From the human T2T-CHM13v2.0 reference genome, Homo sapiens: 64,000 nt of DNA. The stretch lies in the NCBI RefSeq assembly GCF_009914755.1, contig NC_060937.1; one strand, 5' to 3'. The position numbers were made by a program, and so were the translations under genes. How positions within the stretch are numbered: position 1 is the first letter of the stretch; every line of letters starts with the position of its first letter. The notes below the pieces were generated by a model. It was not told the DNA's origin. It worked only from the letters and a program-made list of their open reading frames with translations, and searched no databases. Positions 19,929 to 38,345 of this stretch are shown piece after piece.

Positions 19929-20530
19929 AGTATAAAACAATATTATGCCTAACAAAGAATACCACTTAACAATAGCAGGGTATAACCATTCTCAATAGCT
20001 CACATACATTCTCTTTGATAAACTGCCTGTTAGGCCATGATAAAAATAAAAACTTACTAAATCTTTAAAAATTGAAATTGATAGATTACTTTTTATGACC
20101 AAAATGGAATGAGTAGAAATCAACAAAAACAAAACTAAAAAATTTACAAATACATGAAAATTAAACAACACACTCTTCAGCATGCTCAAAGGGTAAAATA
20201 ATTAATATTCAGCATGATCAAAGGGTAAAATAATTAATATTGTGAAGATGCCCATACTGCTGAGTGTAATCTACAGATTTAATGCAATCCCTTTCAAATA
20301 TCTAATTTTATTTTAGCAGAAATAGAAAAAGCAATCCCCAAATTATATGAAATTTTAAGAAACAATGAAACACCCAATAATCTTCAAAGAGAGGAACAAC
20401 GTTGGAGGCATCACAACTCCCTGATTTCAAAACACATTATATAGACTTGAAACAATTTGGTTTGGTTATAAAAAGTGAACTAGACCAAATAAAGAGAATG
20501 TAGTATAAATATAAACTCTCACACATATAA

Positions 20531-20854
<324 letters not shown>

Positions 20855-20998
20855 GCACATCCATAATTTTTACAGCATTGTTATTGAAAGGCAATAGGTG
20901 AAAGCAATGCAAAATTTTCTCCCCAGATTACTGGATAAATATAATTTGAAACATAAAAATAATGGAATATTACTCAGTGTTTAAAAACAGGAAATACA

Positions 20999-21286
20999 GG
21001 CCAGGCACACTGGCTCACACCTGTAATCCCAGCACATTGGGAGGCCGAGGTGGGTGAATCACCTGAGTTTGGGAGTTCGAGACCAGCCTCACCAACATGG
21101 AAAAACCCCATCTCTACTTACAAAAATTAGCCGGGCATGGTGGTGCATGCCTGTAATCCCAGCCTCCTCTCAGGAGGCTGAGGAAGGAGAATGGCTTGAA
21201 CTTGGGAGGTGGAGATTGTGGTGTGCTGAGATCGCTGCACTGAACTCCAGCCTGGGCAACAAGGGCGAAACTCCGTCTAAAAAAAA
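20999..21286 (+). mobile_element. Alu, AluSp-like
   Basis: ACCAACATGGAAAAACCCC...GGCAACAAGGGCGAAACTCC. TSD AGGAAATA. Confidence 0.92.
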
Positions 21287-22000
21287 GGAAATATTCTAAC
21301 AAACAACCATAACAAACTTTCATGAAATTATGCAGAATAACATATGTCAGCCACAAAAAATATGGTATGAATCCACTTACATGAGATATTTAAAGCAGTT
21401 AGACTCAAAAACAGGAAAACAGAATTGTTTGTAAAGGGCCAGAAAATGGGAGAATTGAGTAGTTGTTTAATGTGTATTCAGTTTTAGTTTTGCAAGACAA
21501 AAACATTCTACAGATATATTGTATAATAATGTCAATATAATTAATATAAACTACATATTTTTAAATTAAGATTCTAAATTTTATGTTCTTGATAATTAAA
21601 AGTAAACAGTAATAATACCTTAAAAAAGGGACAAAATTGACAGTTTTTAAAATTACCTTCAAATCAAAAAAGTGTTTCTCCCACACAAAAATAGATTCCC
21701 AAATAGATATTAGAAGTAGGAGAATTTTTATGACTACTCAGATAAAACGACCATTGATCACTCACAAACATAAAAGTCATAAACAATACAGAAATAATAT
21801 GTGTATACACAAACACAGAAATTATTATATTGGGAATAGAGATATGACTGATTCATATGTAACTTTGGCTCCACGCTGTCTTAAAGTGTACAGAATTGAA
21901 TATTGTCATTCACAATTGTCATAAAAATAAAAACTAAAAACACAATTAACTGATGTGACGTGGCATACTCTAAAATATGAAACAAAAAAGAAATAAAATT

Positions 22001-22349
<349 letters not shown>

Positions 22350-22642
22350 TTAAACTTACTGAACACCATTAAGTAGATTACTACATTTGGAAAAGAAATC
22401 TTAGAAGACAAATGTAGGGAAAAAGTAGTTAGAGGGGTTATTTGAAGATAAAAGAGGATGAGAACTTTCCAAACTTTTATGTGATAAAAGAAAAACTAAT
22501 ACCAATCAATACTGTTTGCTTTGAAATTATTTGGAATTATTCTGGAAATAAAAATAAGGAAACAATAAAGAACTTACAAAATAATCAAAAGGTGAAGGTA
22601 TTTATCACCACAGGCATGGTCCCACAAGAAATGCTACATGGT

Positions 22643-22760
22643 GGCCAGGTACCAGTGGCTCATGTCTGTAATCCCAGAGTCTTGTGAGGCCAAGGCAGGC
22701 AGATTAGTTGAGGCTAAGAGTTCAAGATGAGCCTGAGTAACATAGTGAGATGCTGTTTAT
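22643..22760 (+). mobile_element. Alu left monomer (FLAM/AluJ fragment)
   Basis: GGCCAGGTACCAGTGGCTCATGTCTGTAATCCCAG...AGTTCAAGATGAGCCTGAGTAACATAGTGAGA. Confidence 0.8.
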
Positions 22761-23014
22761 TTTTTTATTGCCAAAAAGAGTCCATATGTTGAAAAATATA
22801 ATGATGCTGAACAACCTTAAAAAACTACATGAAACTATAAACTTTCTGTTAAATGTAAATATATAAACACATATACAATTGTTTACTACCATAATCATTA
22901 AGCAAAATCTCTTAAAATTCTGCTATAGAATTTCAACAAAAAATCTGCATAAATCTGTTAATAGATACACAATATAAAATAATATTTGTAATAATGAAAA
23001 ACTACAGGATGTAA

Positions 23015-23330
23015 GCCTGGGCACAATCGCTCATGCCTGTAATCCCAGCACTTTGGGAGGATGAGATGGGTGGATCACAAAGTCAGGAGTTCAAGACCAG
23101 CTTGGCTAAGATGGTGAAACCCCATCTCTACTAAAAATATGAAAAATTAGCCGGTTGTGGGGGTGGGCACCTGTAATCTCAGCTACTTGAGAGGCTGAGG
23201 CAGAGCATTGCTTGAACCTGGGAGGCGGAGGTTGCAGTGAGCCGAGATCACACCACTGCTCTCCAGCCTGGGTGACAGAGTGAGACTCCATCTCAAAAAC
23301 AAAACAAAACAAAACAAACAAACAAAAAAC
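23015..23330 (+). mobile_element. Alu (AluSg-like)
   Basis: Full Alu with (AAAAC)n tail. TSD ACTAC(A/G)GGATGTAA. Confidence 0.92.
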
Positions 23331-24241
23331 CCACTACGGGATGTAAAGAGGTATAGTTTTTGTATTCAACTGAAGTTATGACATACTAATATTTTTATAA
23401 CTTTAAAATGTTTTACATAATCTCCAATTACCTAGATAATTACAAGTTTATAGAAAGTATGCAATACAAAATGAGAAAGGAAACAAAGCATAACACTACA
23501 AACTCAAAAAAGCAAAAATTAAGACAGTAAAATAGGAAATTATGGAAAACATCTCTACAAGAAACACAGAAAATAATAACAATCAAAATGGTAATAGTAA
23601 CTTCATTTCTCTATGGAATCATTTTAAATGTAAATTGACTAAACTAATAATAAGAAATTAAATGGCCTAATGGAATGAGAACAAACAAAATCACACAATA
23701 TGCAACAAATCACACAATATTCTTGTTCGAACATGGTGTACTCTGTTAGGACACATAACAAGCCTTATTCAGTTTAAGAAGACTAATCAGGTGTGGTGGC
23801 TCATGCCTGTAGCCCCAGCACTTTGGGAGGCCAGGACTGGAAGATTGCTTGAGACCAGGATTTCAAGAGACTCACTTTAACTTTGAGTCAAATAGGTTGA
23901 AAGAAACAGAATGAAAAAGCATATTCCATGCAAACAGTATCCACAATTAAGTGAGGTGGTCATAAATTATATTCGACAAAATACGCTGTAAATCAAAAAC
24001 TAGCATGAGGTAAAGATTGTTACTATATAATGGTAACATTGGTCACTTACCAGGAATCTATAACTATTATATCTATTTAAAAGATCAGGGTTCCAAAATA
24101 CATAAAGCTAATATTGACAGAAGTGAAGCAAAAAATACATAGCAACATAATAATTACAGACATTAAGACCCCACTTTAATAATGAGTGAAAGTTTAGATA
24201 AAACATCAATAAGAGAACAAAACCTGGATGACATTATAAAT

Positions 24242-24653
24242 TGTATTAATTCATTTTGTATTGCAATAAGTACCTAAGACTGTGTAATTTATAAAGAAAA
24301 AAGATTTATTTTCTTCATAGTTATGCAAAATGTACAATAAGTGTGGTGCCAGCATCTGCATCTGGTGAGGGTCTAAGTAAGCTTACAATCATGGTGAAGG
24401 CAAAGAGAAACCAGACATATTGCATGGGGAGAGAGGGAGCAAGCGTGAAAGGAAAGTGCCAGGTTCTTTAAACACGCAGCTCTCATGTGAATTAACAGAG
24501 TGAGAACTCATTGATCACGAAGGGGATGGTGCGAAGTCATTTACAAGAGATTTGCTCCCATGACCCAAACACATCACACAAGGATCCACATCCTACATTG
24601 GGAATCCCATTTCAACATGAGATTTGAAGGGTACAAACATCCAAATCATATCA
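24242..24653 (+). mobile_element. MaLR solo LTR (MSTA/MSTB-like)
   Basis: TGTATTAATTCATTTTGTATTGCAATAAG...AATTTATAAAGAAAA...GCTTACAATCATGGTGAAGGC...TTTCAACATGAGATTTG...CATCCAAATCATATCA. Confidence 0.88.
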
Positions 24654-24782
24654 TAGGCCAACTACACATTAAAAATGTGTACAGGACTCTCCAGTAAAAA
24701 GGAACAGATTACACAATATTCTTGTTTGAACTTGGTGCATTCTGTTAGGACACATAACAAGTCTTATTAAGTTTAAGAAGCC

Positions 24783-25088
<306 letters not shown>

Positions 25089-26209
25089 TTAAGATGACCA
25101 AAATTGTACAGTTATGTTTTCTGACTAAAATAAAATGAAACTAGACATCAAAATCAAGAGATAAACTGGCAAATTCAAAAATATATGGAAATAAAACACA
25201 CTCTTTAATATATTCTTGCTCAAGGTCCAGATAATTTAATCTAAATGTGAAAACAACTCACGGTGGTGAAGAAATTCCAATGGTACATTGTTGACCAGAA
25301 ATATTGTTTAAAACTTTTTAAATTGATTATGAGCTAAAACTAGCCAAACACCCATGAGAAAGAACAAAGAGGCATTATATTTCCTGATTTCAAAATATAT
25401 TAAAAAGCTATAATAAACAAAAGCAATGTGGTACTAACAGAGACAAATGAACAGATGATAGAACAAAATAGCCCAGAAATGAACCCTTCTTTATATAATC
25501 AAATAATCTTCCACAAAGCTGCCATGACTACACAATAGAGAAAAGAAAATATCTTCAACAAATGATGCTGACAACTGAGTATATACACTGAAAAAAATAA
25601 AGTTGGATTATTTTCTTGCACATTTTAAATAAAATAATGAAACTAAAAAACATATAACTAATACAACTCTTAGAAGAAAAAAATAGGGAAAATACAGAAC
25701 ACTGGTTTTGGCACTTTTTTGTAGATATGACATCATACTTATGAAAAACATAAAAACCCCCAAAATTTAACTGTGCTAAACTTCAAATTTTCTGCACACC
25801 AAAGAAAATATTTAGTAGAATGACAATGCCACCGAAGAAATGGGGGAAAATATTCGCAAATTACATGTGATGAGTTAATATTCAGAATTATAAACAACTA
25901 AAACTGAAAAACTAACAATGAATAAATTGATTTAGAAATGCACAAAGAATTGAACTGATGTTTAATCAAAAATATATAAGTAGAAAAAAGCACTTAAAAT
26001 AATGCAAAAAAAGTACCAATTGCAGAGAAATACAAAACAAAATTACAATCCAAAACAAAACCACCTCATACCCATTACAATGGCCACCATAAATTTTTAA
26101 AATGCCGAATCTGTTGAGGATGTAAAGAAATTAAAACTCATGTGAATTGAGTGGGGAAAAAGGATGCAACCATCATATTATGAATGTTTCTTAAAATTTA
26201 AATTATATA

Positions 26210-26685
26210 ATTCCACTTATAAACCTAGATTCAAATATAAATCATATTATTTGACTGGAATATAAAATACATTTTTATATATTAATATATATATAAATGG
26301 AATCCAAGAATTCCACTTATAAATCTATATTCAAACATAAATATAAATGTATACTCCAAATATAAATCTATATTCAAACAAAGAACGTGGAAGATATATT
26401 TGAATATATATTTCAAATATTGGTATAATAAATATACCAATATTTATATATTTAATATATATTAATATAATATATATTAAATATATTATACCAATTTTAT
26501 ATATTTTATATATAAATATAATATATATTAAATAAATATATATATTATATAAATAAATATATATTTTATATATGTATTAAAAATATAAATATTGGTATAA
26601 TATATTTATTATACCAATATATTATATATAAATATATACACATATATTTATATATACTATATATAAATATATTATACCAATATTT
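26210..26685. repeat. AT-rich low-complexity / degenerate (TA)n expansion inside the L1
   Basis: Several hundred bp of ATATAT-rich sequence with a recurring ATACCAATAT/ATATTGGTAT motif in both orientations. Confidence 0.85.
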
Positions 26686-27061
26686 ACAAAAGCCAAAAGG
26701 CAGAAGTAACCCAGATATCCCTTGACTGATAAACAAATTTAAAAAGTGACATATACATACAGTGGAATATTATTCAGCCTTAAAATAGTAAATCTGTCAC
26801 ATTCTTACATAAACGTTGAGAATATTATGTCAACTGAAATAAGATAGTAATAAAGTGACAGATACTATATGATTCCATGATATGAGTCATCATAAGTAGT
26901 CAAATAGAAACAGAAAGGAGAATGGTATTACTCAAGGTCTAAAGAGAGGGTAAAATGGGCAGTTGTTACTTAATGGGTATTGTCTTAATTTTAGAAGACG
27001 TAAAAGTTCTAGAGGTCTTTACATAACAATGTAAATACTCTTAACGACTAAAATGTACACC

Positions 27062-27350
27062 TTTTTTGAGGTAGGTTCTCACTCTGTCCTGCAGGCTGGA
27101 ATGAAGTCATATAATCATAGCTCACTGCAGCCTCAACCTCCCATGCACAAGTGATTCTCCTGCCACGGCCTCACAAGAAGCTAGGACCACAGGTGGACAA
27201 CCCAACACCTGGCTAATTTTAAATTTTTGTGGGGAAGGGCTCTCTATACGCTGCCCAGGCTGGTCTCAAGTTCCTCGGCTTAAGCAATACTTCTGTGTCA
27301 GTTTCCCAAAGTACGGGCATTATAGGCATGAGCCTCCACCACACTCAGCA
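27062..27350 (-). mobile_element. Alu, AluJ-like
   Basis: ATCATAGCTCACTGCAGCCTCAACCTCC...CTGCCCAGGCTGGTCTC...TAAGCAAT. Confidence 0.85.
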
Positions 27351-27587
27351 CTGAAATATAGACTTAAAAAACTTTAAGATGGTAAATTTTATGTCATGTG
27401 TTTTCACATTTTTTTTGAAAACAACTAAAAGTGATATAGGTCTTTCTATAAATCATAAAATACATAAATATATAAACATAAATCACCTTCAAATCACTAA
27501 AGTGTTTCTCTCACACAAAGAAAATATATATATTTATCATTAAACACCTAGTGAATATACCACTGTTTCTATGACTACTCACCTTCA

Positions 27588-30525
<2,938 letters not shown>

Positions 30526-31345
30526 AATCCACAATACACACCTACATATATATACACACATATAAATTACAGTTCTGGTAAACTTTATCCTGAACAAGAT
30601 AAAATTAAAAAATAGTAATTTAAAAAACAAGGAAAGAAGTGGGAGCTTAACATATGCTCAGTAATGTTCTAAGTTCCCTGACATAGTGAATTGTAGAAAT
30701 GTAGGAAATATCTACGTTATATTACAGTTGAGAAATTAAGACAGAATTGAAATTACCAACCTCAGTTAGTACTAAAAGAATAAAAATTTCAATTCAAATA
30801 ACATTAGATATTCTTAAAGAGATACTTAATATTCTGATTAAATTACCGAGTATGAATTTCTGTAGAAACACATTTGAAACCTCCATAAAATAAGAAACTA
30901 TAAAGCAGAAAACATACAACATATGTGTGTTGTATTTCTGGGATTTCTGAACCAAATCTCAATATCACTACTTTTACATATTTCAGACACAATGCAGAAA
31001 TAGAACTTAAAAATGGTTAAACACAGGGTTTCTAAAAAATATGCAGCTATTTGTATATCCCCAAAAGCAATAAAAGTAGTCAGATTATGCACTGTTTTAT
31101 AAGCCATAAAGAGAACTTTGGCTCTCACTGCAAATCTGAAGAAAAATTATTGAAGAAAATGTAGAGTCACTAGAGAGCATGGGACAGACGATACTCCTAT
31201 GTGAGAACAAGTGAAAAAACCCAGGCTTCTCAGAAAGGATTTCCACTGGAGCACAGCTTCCCAAATCACATGTAAAAGTCCGGGTTCCTCTCGGCCTTTG
31301 GATGCCTCATCTATGTCATCCTCTTCTTCATTCGCTTTCACCTAC

Positions 31346-31420
31346 CTGGGTGCTTCATACTCCATGGCTTTTTCCTTTGCTCCAGACAGGTGACCAGGTC
31401 TGGCTTAGAGAAGACAATAC
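31346..31420 (-). pseudogene. KRAB-B exon (75 nt; in-frame 21-nt deletion relative to the usual 96 nt)
   Basis: aataaaacag|GTATTGTCTTCTCTAAGCCAGACCTGGTCACCTGTCTGGAGCAAAGGAAAAAGCCATGGAGTATGAAGCACCCAG|gtaggtg, which translates as IVFSKPDLVTCLEQRKKPWSMKHP. Confidence 0.93.
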
Positions 31421-31843
31421 CTGTTTTATTTTAAAAAGCATCATGAGCATGACTTTTCCTGGGATTCTCCATTTACCAACCTAATACTGTGCTAAGTAGA
31501 GAAAAGAGGACATAATAGAAGATTCTAGAAAATTAATCCCAAAATACTTTTTACTGACAGAACCTTTAGCGTATTCAGAAAGTACATTAAATATGAGGGT
31601 CCTCTGTTTCACTCCCCAGTATTACTGAATCAAAAATTGGTGGTGGCAATTGAATTTTAAGGTGTGGACAACATTATTTTATGTCACTAAGTTTCTGAAA
31701 TTACCACTTATCTAGAGTGAATAACATAGATAAACTCAGGAAAGGGGAAAATTCAGGTCAAAATGAAACAACCTGAAGAATTCATTTTCCACACCAAAAA
31801 ATCCGCAAGATTGTCTTGAAAACAGGGATCTGAAATTTACTCA

Positions 31844-32341
<498 letters not shown>

Positions 32342-32429
32342 TTAATCATACAGTATAAGTTCTGCATATTTCTCAGATTAAAAAGTCAGGCTTAGTTATA
32401 AAGTACCTCTCAAATTTTAATGTGTACAA

Positions 32430-32540
32430 CAATAAACTGGAGATCTTTTTATGCAGATTTTGTTTCAAGAAACCTGAGGTAAAACCTGAGTTTCTGAATT
32501 TCTAACAAGCTCACAAGTGACACCAATCTTTCTGGCCCAA
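32430..32540. mobile_element. Degenerate MER5-like DNA transposon fragment
   Basis: TGGAGATCTT...ATGCAGATT...CCTGAGTTTCTGAATTTCTAACAAGCTC resembles MER5A. A similar remnant lies at about 34430-34590. Confidence 0.5.
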
Positions 32541-33258
32541 GATAAATATTTTGTCAAACATTCATTAAGTGACAGAGCCTGGGTTTTTATGACCAGTAAA
32601 CAAAGATGAGAGACTTCACTTTTTAAAGAAAGACATATGCAAAGACAATCTAAGAAGAAAAGAGAAATTCCAGATTACATGGGATGCTTTATTCACATCA
32701 GCTGGTAAATGTCCCCAAGGTACTCAATAATAAAGAGAAAAATAACTTTACAGTGGAAAAAAATTCTCAGAGAACTATTTAACTCAACGAATCAAATTAA
32801 CACCAATTATAACAGAACAAATTTTCATCATGCGCTGATGCTCACAGAATGACACAATATCACTGCTGTGATACTGGCCCCCGCCAAAGAAGTAAATTAT
32901 AATTCAAATCTAATCATAAAGAAACAAGTTTTATGCAAAAAGCAAACTACAGTAATCGCTCATGTTGTGTAATCTCTATTAAAGTATTTACGCAGACTTT
33001 CTTCAGCATTCTAGAAAGCGAGTATCTTCTAATTATTTTTTTCAAAACTTTCTGTATTATTCTGGGTAATAAATACCATCCTGTTCAAATGTGCATATTT
33101 TAATCCTGTTCCACATGGAGTTGATGGAGCACACAGACAGAACTTCAACATTACATATTCCCCTTTTTCATGAATATCTAAGAACCCCACCTCTTCCCCA
33201 GTAGGAATCTTGGGTATCCATACCTTTCCATGTGCACCAGCACCAGCAACAAAGGGTA

Positions 33259-33626
<368 letters not shown>

Positions 33627-34975
33627 TGACAGAGAAGAAGCCAAGATGAAGAGAATGTCGAGAAGACTCTAGTATATAGAAAATAATATATTTCAGAGTT
33701 GCTTGACTATCATGAGAAGAAAAAATGTTTAAACAAACTTATAGGGAGAAACAGCATAAAGTCAAGAAGTACAGGTTTGTAAGTTCTAAACATATGGCAT
33801 TCCAGGAGGCAGAGTGAACACTGCTCCTAATCTGAGACACAGTCACCTGAGAAAAAGCCATTTTTCTCTTCATCATCCTTCTCTAGCATTTCTTCTCAGG
33901 TGATATTCTCTGGACAAGTCACACCTGCATCTTGGGAATATGCCTTTAAAGGAATCAGCACAATCTCTTCACCTGCTACCACCACAAACACAGGTAGAAA
34001 GATCCAGGCATGCAGAACATGTCCACCCATTTATGTTCTTTATAACAGGTGAGATTCAAGGACAGTGAGCTCCTCCACAAAGATCAAAATTTATCTTTCT
34101 CTTTTCCTGCCACAGACGCAACAATTTCTGCTACAGCAATGGGGATATGGGCCACATTAACTTGTACCTACCAAATCCAACCATAGTAGACCCTGTGACC
34201 TCCCTTTGGAATAAAGTTTGAACTCAACTCTCATGAATGTATTCTGAATTCCTCGTGTTTGACCCTGGCCTCAACCTGGAGTCACATGAGGCACTTAATT
34301 ATATCATCAAGGATGCTTCCACCCAGAACAATATACAGAGCCTGCGGGAAGGGCACAAGTGAAAAGATTTCTGCAACCTGGCCATGGAATCTTAATTAGA
34401 AGCCTGGGCCAAGAACCACTTAGCTAAGCATTGCCTCTCAAACTTCAATGTGCATATAAATCATTTGGTAACCCTGGCCCCACACTATGTAATGTGATTC
34501 TGCAGGTTTTAAAAGCATCCATGAAAGTGCATTTTAAACACATCTCCTGTCAATGCTGATGTAGCTTCCACAGACCCATCATTAGTAGCATTTAGCTAGA
34601 AAAAGCAGGCATAGAACAGACTCTCACACTCATCACTCATCACAACACAAATACTTCTGATCAAATAAACAATCAATCTCTATCCTGAAAAACCACATTC
34701 TTTGTTAGCTCTTTAAAGTTTACAGAGACAGGAGAAGGCAACAATGTCTGAGTAAGTCTGCACTGAAAAACAACATGTACACATATACTTATGCAATGCT
34801 TATTAAGCAGGTACTATGTGCTCAGGAGTGTGTTACAGAGCACTGTGCTGGGAACATCACATTATGTGATTTAATCTTCAAAACAACTTGAGAGTTGGGT
34901 ACTAAGTGTTCAATAATTCTCAGAATTTAGATGAAGGGACCAGCATTGTTTTCTTCCCTGTTTATCTCTTAATGA

Positions 34976-35273
34976 TTTTTTTTTTGGAGGGGGAAAGAGT
35001 TTCACTCATGTTGCCCAGGCTGGAAGTGCAATGGCATGATCTCAGCTCACCACAACCTCCGCTTCCTGGGTTCAAACGATTCTCCTGCCTCAGCCTCCCG
35101 AGTAGTTGGGATTACAGGCATGCACCACGACACTGAGCTAAGTTTGTATTTTTAGTAGAGATGGGGTTTCTCCATATTGGTCAGGCTGGTCTCGAACTCC
35201 CGATCTCAAGTGATCCACGCACCTCGACCTCCCAAATTGCTAGTATTACAGGCATGAGCCACAGAGCCCGGCC
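34976..35273 (-). mobile_element. Alu, AluSp-like
   Basis: GAGTTTCACTC...GTTTCTCCATATTGGTCAGGCTGG. TSD ending TGATTTTT. Confidence 0.92.
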
Positions 35274-36971
35274 TCTCACTGATTTTTAAAAAAATGTATA
35301 GCATAAGAGATAAATATAGACAGATGGGAGGGATACAGAAAGGAAAGGGTTAAGTGTAGTTTAGAGGGATTTTTTAGTGTGTTTCTATTTACTTTCTTGT
35401 GACTTGTGGAGTAACTACTGGGATGGAATGTCTCTACAAGCACTGGTTTTAATTAGAAAGAAAGAAGTTAAGACCTCAAAATATATAGTTTATTGCTCTA
35501 ATTTATCTGCTTTTGGGTTTCAGACTATTGTGAGCATAAGCTCTGGAGAGGCAGCAGGAGCCACCTCCCAAATCTCTGGTCTCCTCTAATGAGTTCTGTG
35601 AGGAGAGACTCCAGGGTGGGACCAGACCTGAATGAGTCTCAGAAAATGGTGAATCTGGACAGAGCTGGGGTGGAGAAACTGTCCTATGTTGAATTATGAT
35701 CTCTATACTGCTGGAGTACTTCTTGTTCTGTCTTTCCTAAGCCTGTCCAAGAGAAACTTAAGAGTTTGTATAATTTTAATCCATTTAGCCACTACTCTAT
35801 TTTATAACGTATAATAATAAGCAATTTAACCAAAATTTTTAGGGCTTTCTAGGATAATTTTATTAGAAAATATGTATTCTTAGCAAGGTAAAAGCAATAG
35901 AAATACAAATAACTCTCCTGTTTGAGAATAGCTCTTCAGGTGGTGACATCAGAAGTCACAACAACATCAGAGCCATTGCCCAAGTCCCCTTAACACTCCC
36001 ACTTTATTGTATTGACTATATGATGCTTAATTAAACTATTTATCCAGTTGCTCTAGACTGAGAGTTTTTGAATGACAGGGACCATGACTGCTTCATCTAT
36101 TTTTCTAAAGGCCATATGAAATGGAGGCAATTTGTTTATCAGTCTGAGTCTCCAGAACTCCTGAATTTTTTGCCAAGGAAACTGGAGAAACTCTCGTCCA
36201 GGTACCAACCAAGGAGATTATTTCTACAAAAGAAGGAACAGACACTGAATGACTCATTTCCCTTCCTCTAACATGGAAGCAGAATTAGACACTCCTGCCA
36301 GCCTGACCCAAGTCTGTACAGGACATCCTGAAATGTCTTAAAGATTCCTGGGTGATTGTGAGAGGATTCCTAGTGACCATGGACTGATGACCATATGTTG
36401 ATCCAGGTAGGAAAGACTCAAGCTGATTCTAAATAGAAAATGGAACTGCCCTGGTACAGCTCCAGAACCTGGATCTATGTGTGATATCACCTGTTCTGAT
36501 TAGCTAGGTCTTAGGTAAGAGAAAGGACAAGAATACTCTACTCCAGTATCACATTTTACAAATAGGTAAACTTATGTCATTGCTCTGGGTATTTTGTGGC
36601 TTTGATCTCTCCCTGCTGACATGCATGTTTACACTTACAGATTGTGCAACCAGATTCTATTTACACCAGCAGCCACTCACATAAACATAGCAGGTCACTG
36701 GAAAAGATCTGGAAAGCTCAAAGGAATACACTCTGAAAGGAGGGCTTTAAGATTTCTATGCTGACATCTCACAGATCAGAAAATGTCTCCTATGGGTTTT
36801 CTGTACATTCTCAATCCAAAATCTGGCTCTCTCCTGTGAATCCCAGGGAGAGCTCAGCTCTTATGTACAGATTACAGGTAAGATCAACCTGACTCTTCAT
36901 TCTTTGGTGTTACAGCAAGGAGAGTAAAAAAAAAAAAGTTTCCATCATAAAGTCTGCTCTAGGACATGATA

Positions 36972-37430
36972 TGTCAGCCTAAAAAGAAAAGGTTAAGGCA
37001 ACACTCATTTAAGTAGAGAGTTTATTTGGGCCAAGCCTGAGGATTGAAATCTGGGAGCATAGATTCAAGTTACCTTGAATGTACACTTTACTTAGCAGCA
37101 GTTACAAGTGGATTTACAAAGGCAAAAGAGAGGGACAGGGAGTGGACTGAAACAAAGTTGTTTGTCAGAAATTCTTCTCGATCTACAAAAATACATTGAT
37201 GACTAATTGGCTATATATTTTTAAGCTGTGAGGTATTGCTTATAACATCTAGTGTGGCATTATTAGGTTAATTTATATCTACTTGTAGGAATAGCAAACA
37301 GTTTCAAGAGGTAAACATGTAGCTCAAAAGAGGCAGTAGAACATAATTATGTTCTCATTTTTATGTCTCTCCGAACCTGATAAAACCAAAAGGACTTGCA
37401 ATCCTCAGATCAAAGTTATTCTTTTTCCTC
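36972..37430 (-). mobile_element. ERV1-class solo LTR (MER93/MER57-group-like)
   Basis: GAGTTTATTTGGGCCAAG...GATTCAAGTTACCTTGAATG...AAAGGACTTGCAATCCTCAGATCAAAGTTATTCTTTT; same family as 62062-62513. Confidence 0.65.
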
Positions 37431-37929
37431 TAATCTCAAGACCGAGATTCAGAATTTGGTATTGTAGATTTAGGTCTTGGATGGATGGAGAAATGGCAGG
37501 TGTTAACTGCACATTTTTGGGAATTTGGGGAGGAGGAGAAAGAGGAACTTTGAGATACTCACATTTACTCAATGCACACATGTCACCCTAATTGTTCTTC
37601 TGGGCCTAATAGTCTCCAACTCAGTTTCAGGTCTGAAGACACTATGGTCACTGAAAGAGGTGAAATGGCTGATTACTGTCCTGTGAATTTTGTCAACCAC
37701 TTGTAGAAAGGCTTAACCTCTCTACAAGTGGTTGTAGAGGACTATAGATGTGAAACAGGCAGAGACACAAGTCTGCCTGCATACTCTGGGGGCAGTGTGC
37801 ACTTTGAAGCACAACTGACTGAGTTGACTGGAAGCCTGGGGGGGAAAGCCTTCTCTAAAATGAAGCTTGGTGGGCAATTTATACATATATACAATGTCTG
37901 GTAATTGTGAACAGGGTTTGAGAAATATA

Positions 37930-38345
37930 ATTAAAAGGAAAACTATCTCCAGTCCTAGAAAAACCCCACAATAACAGACCAGAAAGAAGAGTGTTTTATT
38001 GCACAATAAAACCAGAATGTGATGTGACAAGAATCACAGACAATCTGCTCAAGAGATTGCAAAGACAGAAAGGTCTCTATAATTAGTCCTCAAGTAGAAG
38101 ACTTGACAGCACCATTTGTCATACACAGTTTATCCTGAATTCACCTGGTAATTGGGGAGGCCATCTGTGTATGTTAATTGGTTATATTGAAAGGAAAAAT
38201 AAACTTCTGACATCTTCATGATAGGAGGTAGTTTTGCAACTTACAGCCAGGTGCCTGCTGAAAGTAGGCTCTGGTTCTTTTACAGACACTGTGAAATAGG
38301 ATACTATTCTTTTGGCTATTTACATTTCAAAGCAAAGGGTCCCTA
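37930..38345 (-). mobile_element. ERV1-class LTR remnant (MER92-like)
   Basis: GTTTTATTGCACAATAAAACCAGAATGTGATG...GGAGGTAGTTTTGCAAC...TTTACATTTCAAAG. The family assignment is tentative. Confidence 0.45.
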
